Positions 58,239-64,000 of a DNA stretch of 64,000 nucleotides are shown piece after piece. The translations under genes were made by a program, and so were the position numbers. Under the pieces are notes generated by a model, which was not told the DNA's origin, searched no databases, and saw nothing but the letters and a program-made list of their open reading frames with translations. Numbering within the stretch: position 1 is the first letter of the stretch; every line of letters starts with the position of its first letter. The stretch covers positions 1,216,001 through 1,280,000 of the forward strand of contig CP170459.1 in assembly GCA_047947115.1 (NCBI GenBank), in the 5' to 3' direction. This stretch comes from Verrucomicrobiota bacterium (GTDB taxonomy: Bacteria; Verrucomicrobiota; Verrucomicrobiia; Limisphaerales; AAA164-E04).

Positions 58239-59513
58239 ATGGACAACCTCTACGATTACAAAAAGTTTGCCATCCTCTATGTGGATGACGAAGAAAAGTC
58301 ACTGAAATACTTTCAACGAGCTTTCGGGACCAAATTTCGCGTGTTCGTCGCAACCAACGCCAAGGATGGTTACCGCGTATTCGAGGAACACCGCAATGAA
58401 ATCGGCATCCTCCTCACTGACCAACGCATGCCTGGTGAGAAAGGAGTACAACTTCTCGAAAAAGTGCGGGCTATCAAACCCAACGTCATCCGTATTCTGG
58501 TGACCGCCTACAGCGACTTTGAGGCCGCGATCGATGCCGTGAACACAGGGGCCATTTACAAATATATATCCAAACCCTGGGATGTTGCGGATCTGGAAAT
58601 CACTCTCCGGCGCGCCATGGAATTCTTCCTGGTGCATCATGAACGGGACCGCCTCATGCGCCAGAAGTTCACCGCTCTGCATAAAACCCTGATCCTCGAT
58701 CGTGTGGTTGGCCTGACCGTTCTTGCCTCCGGCATAGCGCGACTTTATCGGAACTCATTGGATGCGGTTCGGGCTTACATGGAGCTGGATTCGCAGAACC
58801 CTACCATGGACGACCTGCAGCTGTCCGAACTCAACAATCCGAACCTCTATCGCAAACTCTATATGCAGACGCGGGAACAGATCCACAGGGTGGTTAATGT
58901 CCTGCAACTGGAAGGATTCACTGAGAAGGAAGGTCCCAACGCGAGTTCGCTTGAAGAGACCCAACTGATCTCGGTGCTTCAAAACACACTGAAATCCTTC
59001 CAACCCCAGTTTCAGCAAAAAGGCATTGAAGTCGGATTTGAGACACTGCAAAACCCTGAAGTGATCGTCTCGGAAACCAAACGATTTCAGAAACTCCAGG
59101 ACCTGATCATCCAGAACCTGCTTCTGTACATTCCTGACAACACCAAAGTCAGAATCGTGGTATTCACCCAAAAAGCAGGTTCCAGTGGGACCAGTGTTTG
59201 CATCAGTGTGGAAGATGGATCCGATAAAACACCGATCTCCGGTACCCGAGCCATCCTGGACCCCTTCTTCACAACTGACGCCCTCCTGCATCACCTGGGA
59301 CTGAACCTGTTGGCCATATCGGTCCTGACCTATCACCTCGGAGGGAGTGTTGGGTACGATCAGGCACAAGGAGATTACTGCAACCGTTTACGAATCACGC
59401 TTCCGCTTAAACTGAGCTATCTCCCCGAAGAAACCACCGAAGTAGCGTCACTGGAGAAAGCCCTGATCAACGAGTCCCTATGGGAAACCGTGATCAGCCA
59501 GATGGAAAACTGA
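58239..59513 (+). CDS. PhcR-like response regulator (receiver + degenerate kinase-like output)
   Basis: ILYVDDEEKSLKYF, LTDQRMPG, RILVTAYS, YISKPWD; C-terminal DPFFTT but the H-box region reads SGIARLYRNSL. Confidence 0.8.
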   Translation: MDNLYDYKKFAILYVDDEEKSLKYFQRAFGTKFRVFVATNAKDGYRVFEEHRNEIGILLTDQRMPGEKGVQLLEKVRAIKPNVIRILVTAYSDFEAAIDAVNTGAIYKYISKPWDVADLEITLRRAMEFFLVHHERDRLMRQKFTALHKTLILDRVVGLTVLASGIARLYRNSLDAVRAYMELDSQNPTMDDLQLSELNNPNLYRKLYMQTREQIHRVVNVLQLEGFTEKEGPNASSLEETQLISVLQNTLKSFQPQFQQKGIEVGFETLQNPEVIVSETKRFQKLQDLIIQNLLLYIPDNTKVRIVVFTQKAGSSGTSVCISVEDGSDKTPISGTRAILDPFFTTDALLHHLGLNLLAISVLTYHLGGSVGYDQAQGDYCNRLRITLPLKLSYLPEETTEVASLEKALINESLWETVISQMEN

Positions 59514-59606
59514 CGGGAGCAACAAGAACCATTAACCAAACCCCGGCCGGGAGTCACTCTGCAAACCCGGTCGACCCGGTCCTTCACCGATCCCGGAAAC
59601 AGCCCT

Positions 59607-59650
59607 CTCTCAAGCCCGAAAGACGGGTTCGATTCCCGTACGTGCTGACA
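59607..59650 (+). pseudogene. 3' half of tRNA-Glu(CTC); 5' half absent
   Basis: Loop CT-CTC-AA, GCCCG, T-arm ACGGG-TTCGATT-CCCGT, acceptor 3' strand ACGTGCT-G-ACA; upstream bases cannot form the anticodon, D or acceptor stems. Confidence 0.7.
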
Positions 59651-59778
59651 TTTTTTGTTCTGGGCTCACATGAGGGGTTACGGTGAGAAGATGGTCCGTT
59701 GGGAGGAAACCTTTCCCTCGACTTCCCATGGATGGTTTGCTAGTTGTTTCCACGTCTGGTGCTGCCAACATATTTATC

Positions 59779-60147
59779 ATGACTCCTTTTCAAATCATTT
59801 TTAATCCGACCAGTGCTCGGGAGTTGTCCAAGTTGCCGAAGGAGCTTCAGTTGGATGTTCTCGGGGATTTTCGTGGGTTTCCGCAGGACGTGCGGTCCAG
59901 GGATCTGGATCGTTTCGGTAAGTTGGAACGTCAGGGTAAGCAGCTGTATCGCTATCGTCTTGGGGAATATCGCGTTTATTTTCAGAGATGTGATCTGGGG
60001 ATTATCGTTCATCGTATTCTGAACAAGAACACGTTGAAGGATTTCCTATTTCGCTCCAGTCTTCCAACGGGCGAAGATGAGGCGTTGCAGGAAAATCCGA
60101 AGTTCTGGGAGTTGATGGAGGTGAATCCTTCGTCCGGCGGCAACTGA
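59779..60147 (+). CDS. RelE/ParE-like protein
   Basis: FQIIFNPTSARELSKLP..GKL..LYRYRLGEYRVYF..IVHRIL. Confidence 0.7.
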   Translation: MTPFQIIFNPTSARELSKLPKELQLDVLGDFRGFPQDVRSRDLDRFGKLERQGKQLYRYRLGEYRVYFQRCDLGIIVHRILNKNTLKDFLFRSSLPTGEDEALQENPKFWELMEVNPSSGGN

Positions 60148-60157
60148 GCTCTGGTGT

Positions 60158-60784
60158 TCAGGATACGTCTTCTCCGATTTCGACGTTCCAGTAGGCGATG
60201 TCCAAAAAGTGACGCCAGCTTGAGTGGCTGTTCAGTGTGAAGTTGACCTGCACGAATGGTCGCCATTTGGGGCGTTTCGGTTTGCGGATCAGATGCATGC
60301 CTGCTTCCGGCGGGGTGCGGTTGGCTTTGCGGGTGTTACAGGGAATGCAGGAGCAGACAATGTTTTCCCAGGTGGTTGGTCCTCCCCGGTCACGTGGAAC
60401 AACATGATCAAGGTTAAGCAATTTTCGCTCAAGAATTTTGCCGCAGTACTGGCACTGGTTTCGATCCCGCTCAAAGATGTTGTGGCGCGTGAATTTGACT
60501 TCTTTCTTCGGGAACCGGTCATACACCAACAGCAAAATGACTTTGGGTATCCCGATTTTGAATGAGATGGTGTTTATCTGGTCCTCTTCCCCGGATTCCT
60601 GTTCGACGGAGAAATCTTTCCATTCGCCGAAATCGTATGTGTGGAAGGCTCCGGTTGGGGATTCATAGACAACCTGGGCCCTTCCCTCGAAGAGAAGGGT
60701 CAATGCTCTGCGCGCCGAACAGACGTTGACTGCCTGCCAAAGTCGATTGAGCACGAGCACAGGTTGTTGCAATACACAAGCCAT
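60158..60784 (-). CDS. HNH endonuclease (McrA/HNH_5 type)
   Basis: VLVLN, RHNIFERDRNQCQYCG, DHVVPRDRGG..WENIVCSCIPCNTRKANRTP; start probably MACVLQQP. Confidence 0.9.
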   Translation of the reverse strand: MACVLQQPVLVLNRLWQAVNVCSARRALTLLFEGRAQVVYESPTGAFHTYDFGEWKDFSVEQESGEEDQINTISFKIGIPKVILLLVYDRFPKKEVKFTRHNIFERDRNQCQYCGKILERKLLNLDHVVPRDRGGPTTWENIVCSCIPCNTRKANRTPPEAGMHLIRKPKRPKWRPFVQVNFTLNSHSSWRHFLDIAYWNVEIGEDVS

Positions 60785-60939
60785 GAGCTTTGCGAGGTTG
60801 CGTATTGTGCTAACAGAGGCGTTGACGTCTGTCAATTCACCGTTCATAAATGTAACCGGTTTATCGATGAAATGTCACACATAGCCCTCTTTTGGGGTGG
60901 TAGCATGACGTCGGTTCAATCCAAGTAAGGAATTTAAAT

Positions 60940-62589
60940 ATGCGAATAAAAATTTTGATGAATTGGGCGCTGGTTGGCTTGTTGGCGCTGCCGTTGATAT
61001 CGAATCAGGTGCGATCGCAGGGTGCGGATCAGGACTACATTGAGATTTACAAACTAATCAAGGAGGCGGATCAGTATCGCGATACGGGACTTGCCGAGCA
61101 AGCTGCCACCGCGTATGCGCAGGCTTCCAACAGGCTCCGTACCTTTCAAAAAACTAATCCTAGCTGGAACAACCGGGTGATAGATTTTCGTCTCAAGTAC
61201 ATTGCCAGGGAGATGGAGAAATTGCCCAGCGCCTCGATTCCCGCTCAATCTGCCATCGTTCAGTCTGCAGACGCCGTTGAGCTTGTATCCGAGGTCGATG
61301 AGCAAGTTGAGGCTGCCGTTGCGGAAGCCACTTCGGAGTTGGGCGGTCAGGTTCAGGCTTTGAATACCCGTATCGAGCAGTTGCAGGAAGAGAACAGGTT
61401 ATACATTGCCAGGCTGCGCGAGGCCATGGCCGCCAAACCGGCCGGTTTCAATCCTGAAGAGCTTCAACAAGCCGAAGCCCGCATCATGGATTTGCAAAAG
61501 GAGAAGGAATTATTGCTGGTTAAACTGGAGCAGGAAACCCGTTCTGGAGGTGCACCGGTTGACGGAATGCAAGCACAGTTGGAGGCGGCTCAATCCACGA
61601 TTGAACGGCAGGAGCAGTTGATCGCTTCACTCAAGAGGGAAGTAACCGACACGAGCGTTCCCAGTGCAGCTCCTGCCGATGCGGATCGTGATCAGCTTAT
61701 TCAGGAATTGATGGAACAGAATGCGCTGTTGCGCCGTCAGGTGCAGGAGTCATCTGTGAAAGTTGAAGCTCCGGTTTCCGTTCAACCTGTTCAAAAGACG
61801 CCCACCCGCAGCAGCGAAGGTTCGAGTCGCCGTGGATGGTGGCCCTTTTCACGCCGCAACAAGGATACGGATGATCGTTGGTTGCATGCCAAATTGGCGG
61901 CTTACGAAGCAGAGCGAGTTCCTTATGGTCCGGAAGAGCTGGCACTCATGGAAAAGAAAGATCCCAGCCAGATCGGGATCGAAAATGTGGCGCCGGCTCC
62001 TGTGGCGGGTTTGAATGCGGAGCAGGCTGCGACTGCTGCCCGACTGGAACGTGAAGCCCAGCAGTCAGCTGCTTCAGGAGATTTCAACACAGCAGCCAGC
62101 CGATTCAAAAGTATTTTGGAAATGGCTCCTGATAATGTGCACATTTTATCCAACCTGGCTTTGATCCAGATTCAAATGAATACCGTGCAAGATGCGGAAT
62201 CCACATTGCAGCGTGCGTTGACTCTGGACCCAAATCACACTTTCGCACTGTTTTTATCCGGACTGATGAAGATCAATCAGGGCGATTTTGAGGGTGCTTT
62301 GGGGTATCTTTCTCAAGCGGGTCGATTGGATCCCAACGATGCCGAAGTACAGAACCATTTGGGTGTTGTATTAAGTGAGCTTGGGCAGCGTGATGCCGGT
62401 GAAGCCGCCCTGAGAAAAGCCATCCAGCTTCAGCCCAGCTATCCGGACGCCCATATCAATCTTGCGGTGGTTTACGCCTCACAGGAACCGCCTTACAAGG
62501 AATTGGCCCGATACCATTACCAATTGGCCCAGCAAGCGGGTCACGGGAAGGATCCGCGCCTTGAACGGTTGATTGATGGGGCTGAATAA
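60940..62589 (+). CDS. Secreted coiled-coil + TPR protein
   Basis: Signal peptide, coiled-coil middle, C-terminal TPRs (LDPNDAEVQNHLG, LQPSYPDAHINLA). Confidence 0.85.
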   Translation: MRIKILMNWALVGLLALPLISNQVRSQGADQDYIEIYKLIKEADQYRDTGLAEQAATAYAQASNRLRTFQKTNPSWNNRVIDFRLKYIAREMEKLPSASIPAQSAIVQSADAVELVSEVDEQVEAAVAEATSELGGQVQALNTRIEQLQEENRLYIARLREAMAAKPAGFNPEELQQAEARIMDLQKEKELLLVKLEQETRSGGAPVDGMQAQLEAAQSTIERQEQLIASLKREVTDTSVPSAAPADADRDQLIQELMEQNALLRRQVQESSVKVEAPVSVQPVQKTPTRSSEGSSRRGWWPFSRRNKDTDDRWLHAKLAAYEAERVPYGPEELALMEKKDPSQIGIENVAPAPVAGLNAEQAATAARLEREAQQSAASGDFNTAASRFKSILEMAPDNVHILSNLALIQIQMNTVQDAESTLQRALTLDPNHTFALFLSGLMKINQGDFEGALGYLSQAGRLDPNDAEVQNHLGVVLSELGQRDAGEAALRKAIQLQPSYPDAHINLAVVYASQEPPYKELARYHYQLAQQAGHGKDPRLERLIDGAE

Positions 62590-62629
62590 GGTTTGGGGCA
62601 ATCGTTTAATTAGTTTCAAGTCGGTTTCC

Positions 62630-63058
62630 ATGTCTTTGAGTCAGCATCAGCAGCGGTTGGATCTATCCACGTCGGGTCGCGGTTTGTTTGAGATCACAGC
62701 TGATGTGCAGGGTGTGCTTTCCGAATCGGGTTTGCGGCTGGGTACGGTGCAGTTGCTGGTTCGGCACACTTCCGCATCTTTAGTGATTCAGGAAAACGCG
62801 GATCCGGATGTGAAAACGGATCTCGAACGTTTTTTCAAGCGGCTATGTCCCGATGGAGATTCCATTTACGAACACACGTTGGAAGGTCCTGATGACATGC
62901 CGGCCCACGTGCGATGTGCACTGACTGCGGTGAGTTTGAACATCCCGTTCGATAACGGAAGACTCCTGCTTGGAACTTGGCAGGGAATTTATCTTTGGGA
63001 GCATCGAACGCACCCTCATCGCCGACAGGTTGTCGTGCACGTATTAGGTGAATCATGA
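62630..63058 (+). CDS. yjbQ: YjbQ/UPF0047 family protein
   Basis: HTSASLVIQENADPDV, EGPDDMPAH, LGTWQGIYLWEHR. Confidence 0.92.
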   Translation: MSLSQHQQRLDLSTSGRGLFEITADVQGVLSESGLRLGTVQLLVRHTSASLVIQENADPDVKTDLERFFKRLCPDGDSIYEHTLEGPDDMPAHVRCALTAVSLNIPFDNGRLLLGTWQGIYLWEHRTHPHRRQVVVHVLGES

Positions 63059-64000
63059 TGGATCGATCTGTATTTCGTTCAGGGTACCTAGCTTCCTTGC
63101 TTGCCATGTGCGGTTTGAGGGCTGCGGTTGCTTTTGCAGATGATTTGGCCCCCCGTGAATGGGGGTTTGATGTACCCGAGATGTTTCCCATCGAGTCCCA
63201 GATCGAATTCCTGCAAACCGGTGATCTGGATGGTGACGGTCTGATAGATTTGGTTTTATCGAATCCCAGAAGGTCGGAAATGACCCTGCTGTTCAATCGC
63301 ACAGGTGCCGAAGAGGCCTCCGACTCAGGCGGAGCGGTTGAAAGTGGGACGAATGTATCTTCCATCAACGACCTACCTCCGGATGCGCGTTTTTTCAATG
63401 AATCGGTGCTGGTTCAAAGCCGGCTCAAAGGATTGCACGTTGCGGACCTGGATGGCGATCAACTCCCGGATCTGGTGACGTACGATGCTAAAAATGATTT
63501 GATGGTTCGCTGGAACCATAAGGAGAACCCCTGGGCCGAGGTGGTTGACTGGCGAATTGACGGCGGATTGACGGGGCAGCGCGTTTTGCAGTCGGCTGAT
63601 GTCAATGAGGATGGTTTGGTGGATCTGATGTTGATGGGGGAGCAATGGTTGGCCCTTTTCATGAATCAGGGCGAACGCCGGTTCGATCAACCTAAAAAGA
63701 TAAGATTGCCCAACGGGTTCTCGGAATATGCCGTTCAAGATTTGGATGGCGACGGTGTCAAAGACCTCCTGTTTCATGCTCCCAACAGAGAGGGCGGATT
63801 GTTGGTGACATTTCGTCACAATCAATCTTTCACCACCTTGAGTCAGATTGCCTCGTCTCCCTTGGGGCAGATTCAATGGCTGCGGCAGGGGAATGACGAC
63901 TCTCTCAGTGCACTTGGTATTTCCGATCAACGCGATCAGCTGATGGTTTTTCATTTGAACTCATCGAATACGAATCATCGAGGGGATATCGGTTTGAGAA
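63055..64000 (+). CDS. FG-GAP/VCBS repeat protein, 3' end runs off window
   Basis: Manual translation MMDRSVF..; repeats GDLDGDGLIDL, ADLDGDQLPDL, ADVNEDGLVDL, QDLDGDGVKDL. Confidence 0.85.
   Translation, partial: MMDRSVFRSGYLASLLAMCGLRAAVAFADDLAPREWGFDVPEMFPIESQIEFLQTGDLDGDGLIDLVLSNPRRSEMTLLFNRTGAEEASDSGGAVESGTNVSSINDLPPDARFFNESVLVQSRLKGLHVADLDGDQLPDLVTYDAKNDLMVRWNHKENPWAEVVDWRIDGGLTGQRVLQSADVNEDGLVDLMLMGEQWLALFMNQGERRFDQPKKIRLPNGFSEYAVQDLDGDGVKDLLFHAPNREGGLLVTFRHNQSFTTLSQIASSPLGQIQWLRQGNDDSLSALGISDQRDQLMVFHLNSSNTNHRGDIGLR

Noticed and set aside
59540..59606. Possible tRNA-Cys (CTGCAAA) or the 5' half of tRNA-Glu
   Set aside because: No D-arm, T-arm or acceptor pairing can be formed
1..64000. 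CRISPR array, rRNA, complete tRNA, integrase or prophage genes
   Set aside because: None seen; the repeats found are dispersed REP/MITE types, not regularly spaced arrays

Overview
64-kb bacterial chromosomal window, most consistent with a Verrucomicrobiota (PVC) genome. This is inferred from a planctomycete-type cytochrome c/DUF1549 protein, an H-X9-DG pseudopilin, a CotH/LTD protein and a fused secDF. Housekeeping and metabolic genes include nagB-like, xylA, oadG-biotin carrier-oadB, yajC-secDF-terC-exoD-recJ-psd, ychF and yjbQ. Three accessory regions stand out. (1) About 4.6-15 kb: an IS-rich toxin island with an intact ISL3 (26-bp IRs, 8-bp TSD), a C39-peptidase-fused RHS toxin gene split by a 1-bp frameshift in a T5 run, a candidate immunity gene, an XRE regulator, a truncated IS3 and a Tn3 remnant. 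(2) About 35.6-40.5 kb: a blaI-blaR(M56)-secretin-like cassette between REP doublets, disrupted by an IS4-like element (8-bp TSD) and an in-frame stop. (3) About 53.1-59.7 kb: a Ralstonia phcB-phcS-phcR-like fatty-acid-methyl-ester quorum-sensing module with a divergent stand-alone AraC gene, a highly structured ~280-nt leader, and the isolated 3' half of a tRNA-Glu downstream. An operator-like motif is shared between the AraC promoter and the RHS upstream region. No CRISPR array, rRNA or complete tRNA was seen. All family calls come from motif recognition by eye; no database searches were run.
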